From positions 62,001-126,000 of the forward strand of contig ADNK01001890.1 in the NCBI GenBank assembly GCA_000320545.1: a DNA stretch of 64,000 nt, given 5' to 3'. A program made the translations under genes and the position numbers. The first letter of the stretch is position 1. Every line of letters starts with the position of its first letter. The notes beneath the pieces were generated by a model. The model was not told the origin of the DNA and searched no databases. It saw only the letters and a list, made by a program, of their open reading frames with translations. Shown here in pieces: positions 12,491 through 25,500 of this stretch. This DNA comes from Bigelowiella natans CCMP2755 (lineage: Eukaryota; Protista; Cercozoa).

Positions 12491-15400
12491 ATGCAATCTA
12501 ACCCCCCCCCACCATACGAGGGGGGGGAATGTATCGGGTCACATTTAAATGGCATTGGGATAGCTCATGCGGGTGATCCGGTTATTAGCCAGCAAATGCC
12601 TCGGCCCGCCACTCGAATGAGCTCACGGGTGGACGAGAAGGTTAACATAAAGTCGATGAATCAGCGAAAAAAGAATGGTTTTGGTCTTTATGGTATGGTG
12701 AGTTGGTTCTTGGCATCTTCGAAGAAAGGAAACCGGTTGGGCCGCTTAAGGAACAAGGTTGATAAGGAGGCGAAGAGATACGACTCTAAGACCAAGACCT
12801 TTCTAGGGACGACTGGGGAAGAAATGGTAAGCGAAAAAGACCATGTTCTTAGCACCAACGCGAATATGAAGCGAAGAGCTAGGAGTAGAACGAGGGGTGT
12901 GACCAGAAGACGAAGAGCGGACAGCAGTGACATGCAAACGCACAACGACGAGTTAGAAGGAAAGCTCTTGGAGTACGAATATACATTAGGAGATGATATG
13001 GAATTGGATGACGGTAGCATTGATGTAAAGGTGGGGAGTTCCGAAGAAGACCCGTTATCAATTAGCAATGTAATAGATGAATTCGAGGTGTCCTACCTAA
13101 CCGAGAAGAAAGAAATAACAGATAAACATCGAAAGACCCTGGAGGAAATGAAAGGCGAACTTGAGTCTCTCAACGCAAAATTTCATTCCAAAAGTGTCGC
13201 ACTTGATAAGATAGTTAAGGAAGCAGCGCATAAACTGACCGATGGCAACCAGACGGTGAGTATTTGAGAAATGAACACGAATCAAGATGAGTCTTGAGCT
13301 AATGTTTTCCCTCAGAATAAGGACGAAAAAGAGAAACTTCCAGTATCTCAGGGAGACTTAAAGTAATAAAATACTGAAAATGACTAAATTCTATGCGGTA
13401 CTGTAATGTTGAATTGTCCACAGACTTGAATTAAGTTCACCTGGAAGCAAAACTGGAGGTCACGATACTTCATCTCTTAAGGTGGATCTCAAGGAGACAG
13501 CAAAAGAACTTAAGCGAAGTGTTGGAGATATACATAAAAAGTATCGCCAAGCAGCTACTGCAACGGCTGCCTTTTCCCTTGCAACAAGTGAAAGGTTAGT
13601 TTCAGAGGAAGATAGAGACAATTATAGAATTCCTTTTGGAAAGAAGAATGACCTTGAAAAACGTGTCGCAGAGCTTGAGTCTGAGAAGTCAAGATTAGAA
13701 TGTGAACTCAAATCCTTTAAGTTATCGAAAAATGTTTCCTCTTCTCTCAAGAAGATGAAAGACGAGCTTATTCTGGCCAAGAACCTGCAAACCATGCATG
13801 GCGATATTGAAAGATCTTTGAGGGATGAACTTGCGAAGCTCAAGGAAAACGACAAGGGAGGACTTGTTGAGTTGTTGATGCAAGAAAAGGAAAGTATGGA
13901 AAACATGTTAGATTCTTTGACGAGCGAATGGGAGACAGAGCGCACAATGCTCGAACGGTCGCAAATTTTGCTAGAACAGAAACACGCTGATTCAATTCGC
14001 CAAATTGAGGAGAAACACCAAAAGGAGAAAGAAACCATCGTGGTGAAACTTAAATCCTCTATTATAGAAAAGAATGCACTGGAAAAGAAATGTTCAATTA
14101 TGCAGAAAATGTCAGAATTCCCTAAAAGCAAGGGGGATGAAACTGGAGGTACTGATCTAGGAGCAGATCCTCGTGTTTTGCTCCTTGAATCAGAGGCCCA
14201 GCTTAAAAAAGTAAGCATAGAAAATGCAAATCTACGCTCTCAAGTTTCCCAATTGAATGATTCGCGGCGGCAAATGGCAGCAGCTGAGGCAGCCACCAGA
14301 GCTAAGCTTGAACAGTCCTATGCAGAAGACTTTAGGCGAATTCAAGATGAAAGGGTATTGTCGAACAATAAGATGAGCGTAATTTTTATCATCATTATCA
14401 TCATCATCATAGCCTTAGCAAGCACTACAATACCCACATATAATGCCCGAGGACAAATTATCCTGTCATCCATTGCTTCTGATTCTTTCCTGTCATCATC
14501 GAATAGGCAAGGGAAAGCCGAAGACAGGAACGAAATCTGATTCAAGTCAGGGTGGAATACGAAAAGCGTTTATTAGCAATCGCTGGAGAAAGCGCGGAAG
14601 CATATAAAGAGGAAATGAAGGCTGTGAAAGATGGCGATGAACAGCGCCTTCTGCAGCTTCTTGCCGATGAAAAGGAGAACTTGCAACAAAGACTGCAGCA
14701 TATTCACACATCTCACTCCGAAGACCGGAAAAATTGGGAAAACGAGATAGAGATGGCGGATAAGACTGCAAAGATAAGTATTGCCAAATCTCAGGTCCGT
14801 GTATAGTTATCTTTCAATTATTCTTGATAATGCAGGAGTTCCTGCCTGGATGTTGTTATTATTGTATCTGTTTGTTGTGATTAACTTTTGTCTGATATAT
14901 GGATCCAGTGTCAGAAGACAGAAGAAGAAGAAGATCTCGTTTGTGCCATTGCTGCATGCAGCTTGATTATATTTTCTTCCCCCCCAAAAATATTGATGCA
15001 GGTTGTTGGTAAAAGACTGAGAGAGGCATCCGAGAAAAAGGTTCGTGCTGAATTGGAAGTCAAATTCGGCCTTGAACGCCGAAGAATCATAGAGTCTCAC
15101 CAAAATAATGAAGACCTATTCAGGAGAAAACTTGAACGTCATGTTGGTTTGCAGCAAAAAATAGAAAGTTCGGGAACTTTGAAACCAGAGATATCGCTCA
15201 GAAGTAATATAGATAAGACATTGTCCTCAGCAGAGGAAAAAGATTCTGCGAAAACAGCTGCAATATACAATAATATTGGCCAAGTTGAATCCGAAAAAGA
15301 ACAGATAATGCATCGACGGCCCAAAAAACAACCGAACATTGAGAAGACTAAGACCGCTTCAAATCCCAGTACCTTCTGTGAGAGCAGAGAAGAACAGAGG

Positions 15401-18400
15401 AGGCAGTCTCCCAGGAAGAATGTACGCTCATATGAGGTGATGCAACTTGAGTTCGCAAAGGAACGTCACAAAATGCAACAGGACCATCAGAAAGAGCTAG
15501 AAGAAGTCGTCAGTGCGGAAAGAGAACGTGCCGAGGCTGAAATTCAACGCTTGCAATCTCTATTAAAATCTGATTCTTCCCAATCAAGTCGCGCTTTGCA
15601 GCAGAAACTTGTGTTGGGAGAGGAACTAAACGAGTCAGGAATCATACATCTGCTCACTGCTGAGAAGGCGAAGAATGAACAACTTGCAAGAATGCTTAGC
15701 AATCAAGAGAAAAGGCATCGAGTTGAGATGGAATCATTGCTGGTGATGGATGATGGCATATACAAACAAAAAATAATACACAGCACGTCTAAATCATTTC
15801 ATTGACTTTTAAACATTTTAGTTCGATGCTGACTAACAACTAAATTTTGACAGATCGTAGAAAAAAAGAAAAGAGAAGCTTCTGTAGCGGCGGAACGTGC
15901 AGGATTTGAGTTACAGTTTAAAACGAAATTACGTAAGATGCATCAAGTTCAGCAGCGCGAAGAGAAAGACCGAGAGCAAGCTCTTCCTCTTCTCTCTCCC
16001 AATACCGGTATGAAAGAGGAGAAAAGTTCTTCCCATGGAGCGCCTAGAGGATATTCATCGAATATATCTCCCTTACCTCACGAGGGACGGACTAAACAAT
16101 TGGAAAATGTGTTGCCTACGATGTTGCAGCAGCGAACAAATGATGCTACTCGTAGTCGTGGTAATCCCAGTAGTCTCAGTAGGCAAGATGTGGAGATTGA
16201 AGTCGCACGAGAGCGTAATAAAATGGCGAAAAAGCATGCGAGGGATCTAAATGAGATAATACAAGCTGAAAGACGCCGCTCTGAGGAGAGGCTGCAACGC
16301 ACGCGCGAATTAGTATCGTTAGTAGCAGGGGAAAACTGTCGTGCCTTGACAGAAAAGCTTGATTCGGGAGATATTAAGGAATCAGAACTAGCTCAGTTAT
16401 TGGTCGCGGAGACCGTTAAGAATAAACAGCTAAGTAACCTCTTAAATACTGAAGCAGCACAGCGTGTATCTGACCAAAAACGAATTGAAACAGTATCAAT
16501 GAAAGTTGCGGCGGCTTCGGCTGCTATAAGCAATGCGGAACTTGAAGTTGGATGGAAATTGGAGCGGAGGCGGATGATCAAATCTCATAGAAATGAGATT
16601 GATAAATTGCAGCATCAAATCCAGGCACTGATCGACTCCACTTCCAAAGCCAACAGCGAAATAGAACACCATGAGAATGACGAAACCAGACCGGCGTTAT
16701 TGAAAGATGAAAAGGATCAACTTCCATCGAAGAACGAGGCTATTCTCAAGGCGCAACTAGAAGCGCTCCGTGCAGATCTTGAACTTAAGTATGCAAATGA
16801 ACGCTTTTCGATGCAACAAATCCACGAAAAGGAGTTGCAAGATTGTATTGATGCTGAGAAAGAAAGTGCTGAAGAGCGATTGGAGCGCATGCGATCATAT
16901 CTAGAATCCGAAGCTTCTCAAACGAGTAGGAATTTACACGAGAAGCTGCTTATGCAAGGGGTCAAGGAGGTCAAAGATTCAGATCTTGTTCAGTTATTAG
17001 GAGCTGAGAAAGCAAAAAACGCCCAACTTGTAAGAATGTTAGAGAAAGAATCAGCACGACAGCGATATCTTGAACATGCGCTCAAGAGACAGAAAGCTTT
17101 TCACGATAAAGCCTTGGCCCAGCAAAAAACATATTATAAGGAAACTTTAACTAAATATCAAAAGGTCCAAAGGGAAAACCTCATATCTAAAGTTGAGAAG
17201 GATTTGACGAAGGTGTTAGCAGAAGGAGGGGAGCTAGTAGAGGGTCGGAAAATGCGAGACGGAGGAGGGGCAAGTACTACTACTACTACTACTGCTACAC
17301 CTACTAGTGGTAATACCATCATTGAGAATGTAGATAGCAAGAAGAAAACGCTGCCTGACTACAAAGAACCCTCAATCGCGCACCAACACGATAGTGCTGC
17401 TGCCTACCCTTCAACACTCAAATTCATCGATACAGAGAGTCACGGGGAGGGTTATCACAAAATAAAAGCTAAATTATGTGAAATTTTGGAGGAGTATCGA
17501 AGCAGCAGCATCAAGGATGGTGAAATAATAGACGATGATAACACCAATGATATTACAATTTCGGGAACATCTAATTCAACGCTCCCCGTATCAGATCACG
17601 CATTAGACTTTGAGCTAAAAGCAGAAGAGGAAACAAAAGTAGAGAAAGGAGTAAATAGGACGGCGAAGGAGCGGACTGAGCAGATTGAGATCATGTATCA
17701 ACAGCGAATTAATGAGTTGGAAAAGCAACTCCACGAAAAGACTGTAAATAATGTCGCACTGCTATCCAAACGGGTTTCCGAAAATCAATCGACGAGCCAA
17801 AATGAGGAGGCAGAGCCACTCCAACAGCTGATATCCGCCATGAAGTTGCAGCATGAATTGGAAATTAAAGTAGTTCATATTGAAGATTATAGTAGAGACA
17901 TTATTACGATATGAGGGTCTCAATTATCACGATTGTGAAGATGATGACAATGATAATGATAATGATAAAATTAATGTTAGTGTAATTCCCCCCCCCCATC
18001 TATTATAACTTTTGCTGCTACATCTTTTGTCGTTGTTATGATGATACTTGATGATGCTCAATTCCCATTACGCTTCATTAATATCTTACCGTTTTCCCCT
18101 ATAATGACCAGAGTATCATAATACTGATATTAGTATACAATCTTCAGGAATTACAATCACGAATAAATAAGTCAAATAAGACTTCGGCATTGAAACGACA
18201 TGAGCGATTGATTCAAGAGCAGCAGCGCCAGAAACAGCATGATGTAAGAATAAAAGAATTAATAGCTACACAAATGAAAACTGATGCTGCGTATTGGGAG
18301 AGCGAAAAGGAGGAGATGGAGAAATCGCACGCTCTGGAGGTTCTAAATTGGCGAAGACTGGTCGAGGAGGCAAGAGCAGAAAGAGATGACAGCATCGAGA

Positions 18401-19543
18401 GAGCTCATGCTCTTGCCAATGACCAAATACGGAAGGAGCTAGATTCAGCCAACAGCGGCGATAAGAAGGAGCTTCTTGAGCTGCTGAGCAAGGAGAAGGC
18501 AAGCATGAGGCAACAATTTGCAACCATGCAACGAACTCATTTGCTCGAGAAGGCGATTCTTGAAAAGCAAGTCGTCAATCTCCGAGAGAATGCCCGTGCA
18601 GAGGCGAACAGGGCCGTCGCAGTAGCTATTAAGTCAGAAAAAGCGAATGGGCTTCAACTTCTTGCCGAGCACGAAGCCAAGTGGTGCGAGGAGAAGATCG
18701 CTATGCGGAAGAGTCACACGGAAGATGCTAGAAAGCATCAAGAAGAACTAGAAGAAGCCAAGCGCCGGGATGAAGCAGGGGTGCTAGCCCAGAATCGGCG
18801 CCTGGAAGAGGCGATGTCTGCTGCAGGAAGCGCCAACGAGAAGCGTTTGCTTGGCATAATTGAGAAGGAGAGATCCCAAGCGCGAACGATAGAACTCGAA
18901 CTGGTAGAGAGGAATCGTGAGCAGAGAGAATGGTGGCAGAAGCGAGCAAGTGATCTTGAAGGTGAGATAAAAGCTCAGCAAGCACATCACAAGAATACCA
19001 TGGAACGGGTGCAAAATGCGCACAAATTGATGTTGGAATCCGAATACGAGAGCAAATTACAGGATGAGAGGCGCAAGATGCGCATCAGTTATGAGCGTCA
19101 ACTCGAAGTTCTGCGCGACCGTCGAGTAGTAGCAGAAGCAGCAACAGGTTCTCCTGATTCTGGTGAGATCACCGGAGCAGGAGGAGCAGTAAGCATTGGC
19201 AGGTTAGCAGCAGACCCCGCTGCCTCCACCACTGCTGCTACTTCCTCGTCATCACCACCCTCAGCGGGAGAGGCGGGAGAAGCGGAAGCAAAGAAGAAAC
19301 ATGATGCTAGACAGGAGAGCAGCGAGGAGCTAAGGCGAAAGGCGGCTTCTGCCGCTGTCCTCTCTGAATCACTGAGGCGGGAGAACTCGGAGTTGAAAAG
19401 TGAGTTAGAAACGTTGAGGGAGGATTGGCGTGCCCAGCAATCCTCCAAGGATTCGCTGGCTAAAAAGCTATATATGGCTGAGAAGTCAATCAGCCTCCTC
19501 ACTGCTGCCACTGGGGCTGGTGGCAATACCGCTGCTGCTTCCA

Positions 19544-19581
<38 letters not shown>

Positions 19582-20918
19582 AAGAGCAGTGGTGGATACA
19601 CAACGGCAGCAGCAGCAGCGGCGGTGGCGACGACGGCAGCTCCATGGATACACGAGCGGCGGAAACTGGAGCAGCAGCACAGAGACCAGATGATAAAACT
19701 GGAACGGAAGTTGAAAAGCAATGCTGAGGAGCACATCTCGGTACTACAGAAGCAGCTGGCAGAGGCAGCTCGGCGTCACCAGAGGCAACTGCAAGTTGCC
19801 ACTCAAGGAGACGAGAAGAAAGTAGGGGAAGTGTTGCAGGAGGCAGAATCAAATTTACAGAAACGCATAGCTTCTTTGGAAGAACTACATGCCAGGGAGA
19901 TGGAAGAGGTGAAGGAAAGAGCGGCACGCATGCTGACCGAGGTCCAACGTACCTCAACAGATGCGTCTCTGGCTTCTAACCGCGCCCACGAGGCTACTTT
20001 GTCCAAGTTGCATGCCGAGGCGGAGATAAAATGGGCTATTGAGCGGCAGAATCTTGTGGAGAAGCACAATGTAGAGCTTTCGAGATTGCGCAAGAGCATG
20101 ATGAGGGCTAAGGATGAGAAGGCGGATGAGAAGCTAGGATCAAGGCATGCCGAGATAGAGAGAGCATTGAATGCGCAGGTGGAGGCGGCCGAGGACAAAG
20201 ACGAGAGGCGTCTCAAAGAGTTGTTGCGAGAAGAGAAGATGAAGTCATTGCAGCGCGAGAGGGATGCCGAGGATCGTATGCGTTTGGAGAGTGCGCGTTG
20301 GCAGAAGAGACTCTTGGCTACGGAACAACGTCTTCGCGCAGAGCAGGAGGAGGCTCTCGCTGCCTCGGAGCGGTTGAGGGTGGCATCAGAGAAGGAGTTG
20401 AAGGCCAAAGCAGATGCACGTTTGGCAGCGGAGCGCAAGCGGCTCGATGCCGAGCATCAGGAAAGACTACACCAGATGAGCACGCTTGTAGCCGCAGCAT
20501 CACAGGAATCAAGGAGGAGGAGGAGGAGGAGGCCTGTTGGTGCTAGTTCTAGTGCTTCAGTCGTTGAAACTACTACTCCTTACACCATTTCTGCTTCTAC
20601 AACTGCCGCACCTCCTCTTGCTGCTGCTGGTGGTGGGTCGGGATCAGTTGTTGTTCCGAAGGCAGTTGGTGGTAGTGGTGGTAGTGGTGCTGTTGCTGTA
20701 AGCGCTGCGTATGAAGCTTATCAAGATTCCGCAATGATATCCACATTAAAGCTGGAGATCAAGGTAGTAATAGTTCAAGGCGACTATTTCTTCTTCTTCT
20801 TCTTCTTCTTCTTCTTCTTCTTCTTCTTCTTCTCGTTCTTCCTCCTCCTCTTGGTGTATGTATATCGCCTATCGGTGGGTAATAAAGAGAATAAGCGCAC
20901 GTGTTGTAATTGTGTGTG

Positions 20919-20950
<32 letters not shown>

Positions 20951-22547
20951 GATAGTGGGGTATCAGTCATAATTAAATAATCGTGTGCGTAAGATAAAGA
21001 GGAAAGGGATCATCATCACCCAATCACCACCACCATCAGCAGCATCATCAGTATCATCAGTATTATCAGTATCATCAGTATCATCATCATCATCATGATC
21101 ATCATCTACATTGGTTGGTTTCCGTCAAGTGCTAAATTATCTTGTTAATCACAGGCGCTGAAGTCGCAGCTGAATAAGAAGAACGAGGATATGCACCGAG
21201 GAGCACAGAAGGAGCTGATGGATGCTGAGAGGGAACAGATAAGCAAAAGACTGGAGATAATAAATGAGAATTCAGCACAAGTTACCAAGGAGTCAATTTG
21301 GGAGAGCGAAAAGGAGGAGATGGAGAAATCGCACGCTCTGGAGGTTCTAAATTGGCGAAGACTGGTCGAGGAGGCAAGAGCAGAAAGAGATGACAGCATC
21401 GAGAGAGCTCATGCTCTTGCCAATGACCAAATACGGAAGGAGCTAGATTCAGCCAACAGCGGCGATAAGAAGGAGCTTCTTGAGCTGCTGAGCAAGGAGA
21501 AGGCAAGCATGAGGCAACAATTTGCAACCATGCAACGAACTCATTTGCTCGAGAAGGCGATTCTTGAAAAGCAAGTCGTCAATCTCCGAGAGAATGCCCG
21601 TGCAGAGGCGAACAGGGCCGTCGCAGTAGCTATTAAGTCAGAAAAAGCGAATGGGCTTCAACTTCTTGCCGAGCACGAAGCCAAGTGGTGCGAGGAGAAG
21701 ATCGCTATGCGGAAGAGTCACACGGAAGATGCTAGAAAGCATCAAGAAGAACTAGAAGAAGCCAAGCGCCGGGATGAAGCAGGGGTGCTAGCCCAGAATC
21801 GGCGCCTGGAAGAGGCGATGTCTGCTGCAGGAAGCGCCAACGAGAAGCGTTTGCTTGGCATAATTGAGAAGGAGAGATCCCAAGCGCGAACGATAGAACT
21901 CGAACTGGTAGAGAGGAATCGTGAGCAGAGAGAATGGTGGCAGAAGCGAGCAAGTGATCTTGAAGGTGAGATAAAAGCTCAGCAAGCACATCACAAGAAT
22001 ACCATGGAACGGGTGCAAAATGCGCACAAATTGATGTTGGAATCCGAATACGAGAGCAAATTACAGGATGAGAGGCGCAAGATGCGCATCAGTTATGAGC
22101 GTCAACTCGAAGTTCTGCGCGACCGTCGAGTAGTAGCAGAAGCAGCAACAGGTTCTCCTGATTCTGGTGAGATCACCGGAGCAGGAGGAGCAGTAAGCAT
22201 TGGCAGGTTAGCAGCAGACCCCGCTGCCTCCACCACTGCTGCTACTTCCTCGTCATCACCACCCTCAGCGGGAGAGGCGGGAGAAGCGGAAGCAAAGAAG
22301 AAACATGATGCTAGACAGGAGAGCAGCGAGGAGCTAAGGCGAAAGGCGGCTTCTGCCGCTGTCCTCTCTGAATCACTGAGGCGGGAGAACTCGGAGTTGA
22401 AAAGTGAGTTAGAAACGTTGAGGGAGGATTGGCGTGCCCAGCAATCCTCCAAGGATTCGCTGGCTAAAAAGCTATATATGGCTGAGAAGTCAATCAGCCT
22501 CCTCACTGCTGCCACTGGGGCTGGTGGCAATACCGCTGCTGCTTCCA

Positions 22548-22585
<38 letters not shown>

Positions 22586-25500
22586 AAGAGCAGTGGTGGA
22601 TACACAACGGCAGCAGCAGCAGCGGCGGTGGCGACGACGGCAGCTCCATGGATACACGAGCGGCGGAAACTGGAGCAGCAGCACAGAGACCAGATGATAA
22701 AACTGGAACGGAAGTTGAAAAGCAATGCTGAGGAGCACATCTCGGTACTACAGAAGCAGCTGGCAGAGGCAGCTCGGCGTCACCAGAGGCAACTGCAAGT
22801 TGCCACTCAAGGAGACGAGAAGAAAGTAGGGGAAGTGTTGCAGGAGGCAGAATCAAATTTACAGAAACGCATAGCTTCTTTGGAAGAACTACATGCCAGG
22901 GAGATGGAAGAGGTGAAGGAAAGAGCGGCACGCATGCTGACCGAGGTCCAACGTACCTCAACAGATGCGTCTCTGGCTTCTAACCGCGCCCACGAGGCTA
23001 CTTTGTCCAAGTTGCATGCCGAGGCGGAGATAAAATGGGCTATTGAGCGGCAGAATCTTGTGGAGAAGCACAATGTAGAGCTTTCGAGATTGCGCAAGAG
23101 CATGATGAGGGCTAAGGATGAGAAGGCGGATGAGAAGCTAGGATCAAGGCATGCCGAGATAGAGAGAGCATTGAATGCGCAGGTGGAGGCGGCCGAGGAC
23201 AAAGACGAGAGGCGTCTCAAAGAGTTGTTGCGAGAAGAGAAGATGAAGTCATTGCAGCGCGAGAGGGATGCCGAGAATCGTATGCGTTTGGAGAGTGCGC
23301 GTTGGCAGAAGAGACTCTTGGCTACGGAACAACGTCTTCGCGCAGAGCAGGAGGAGGCTCTCGCTGCCTCGGAGCGGTTGAGGGTGGCATCAGAGAAGGA
23401 GTTGAAGGCCAAAGCAGATGCACGTTTGGCAGCGGAGCGCAAGCGGCTCGATGCCGAGCATCAGGAAAGACTGTCGTTGGCAGAGGAAGAGAAAGAAAAG
23501 CCCTCAAGAAATGAAATTACAAGTATTAGGGAACAGAAGATATTTAATTCAGAAAATGGGCAAGTTAATCTTTCTTCTACAATTGAAAGGGGGAAGGATT
23601 TAGATGGTGTTGTATTTTTACCCGGTCCTGAAATGGCGAAGGAACATGAATTTCTCAAATGTAGGATTGTGGAGCTTGAGGAGTCATTGCAAGCCCAAAC
23701 GGCCAGACATGAAATCTCGCTCTCACACCTTCAAAATACAATGGCTTTCAAGCTGAAGTTGGCAAATGACTCTCTTTCTGATGAAAAAATAAGGCTTGAA
23801 CGTCTTGGGAAAACCCACGAAAACCATCTTAATATACTAAATGGTGGCGACAAGGCAAAACTTGCTGCACAGCTAGAGATCGAGAAAAAAGTGGCTAAAG
23901 AAGAGATGGAAGAGCTTGCTGCTGCTCTTGATCAACGACAACGGCAGCTTATTAGCTTTCACAAGTTAGAGCTTGACCGTGTCCATGCTATGTATCGAAG
24001 AGAAATTGATCATGTGAAGCGTCACCGTGATACATCCCTGGAATTAATGCAAAAAAAAATAGCTAATCTTTTGAAGAAACAGCTAGCAACGGTTGTAAGG
24101 AGAGGCCATTCCACAAGAGGCAGCAATAGTGGGAACCTACAACAACCTAAACAACAGGGAGGTTGTAGTGACTTGAACTACAGAGAACTGGAAGAACTCA
24201 TTATTTCAGAAGAAAAGGCTGCTAGGGAAAGGGAGCAGCAAGTTGAAGTTGAATCAGAAAGGCTATTCGCTCGGATTACATCTCTTGAACAACAAAAACA
24301 AGACTTGGACAATATTAGAGCTCAGCAAGAGATAGCTTTTACACAATCGAAAAAAGCCTATGAATCCAAATTGAAAGCAGCAAACGACGCAATCGCTGCA
24401 GAGAGAAGGTTTACTGAGACAATGAGGAAAAACTTCGAATCCCAAATTGATGCGATCAAAGGTAGGGATAGAGCTAAGTTGGTCGAGTTTGTTAAGATTG
24501 AGAAAGTTGGAATAGAAAAACGCATCAAAGAGATCGATGAAGCCAACACCAAAAGAACTGCATTATTAATAGAAGAACATAAGTTACAGTTGGACGAGAT
24601 CAATAACATTCATTTGAGACAACTAGCGGATATAGAGCGTGACCGGGACCAGAGAGTCGGGAGAGCACAAGAAAAGCTATCGGCTGTCCTCAAACAACAG
24701 CTTTCTGCTGCTAAGAAAGGAACGGTATTAAGTAAAGAGCAGCTCATGCATGTAATTTCTTCCCAGGAAACCATTTCAGATGACCGGAAGGATCGGGTTG
24801 AATCGCAAATATCACTGCTGAAATCACAGATTGAGTCACTTGAAAGAGAAAAGAGGGCTTCAGATCATCTACGTTCTAATCACGAATGCATTCTAAAGAA
24901 AATGAAGGAAAATATGGCTTCTAAGCTTGAAAATGTAGAGCAGGAACTTAAGTACCAGAGAGAAACTATGAGTAAGCTCAAAGCTAATCATGTTGCAGAA
25001 ATCAAGGCGTTTGAGAGGGGCGATAAGACAGAGCTACTGGATCTTTTGAAGTATGAAAAGGCCACATTGGAAGAAGCTGTGAGTCGACGTGAAGAAGCAA
25101 AAGAAGGAGAAATGTTGAAACTCGTAAACCAGCATGAGATTGATATAGAAAGGATCCAAAAGGCACACAATATTGCAATGGAAGATAGTAAACGTCAGAG
25201 ACTGGCTGCCCTAGCAGATGCTGATGCTTCTCACCGCAAATTACGTGGTATTCTTAAGAAACTACCAATGATCACAGGAAAGGAGAATATACAGGTTGCA
25301 AATAAGGAAGTAACAACTCAATCGTCATCTTCTCCTGATTTAAATAAGAAAGCGATAGAGGCTATTATATCAGAAGAAGAGGTACTCATTGGTCAACAAA
25401 CGAAACGTCTACGAGCAGAGAGGAAAAAATTTGAAACTTGTATATCACAGCTTAACTCCAGGATTGAGTCTCTCCAGAGCGAAAATGAAACCCTTCAGCA

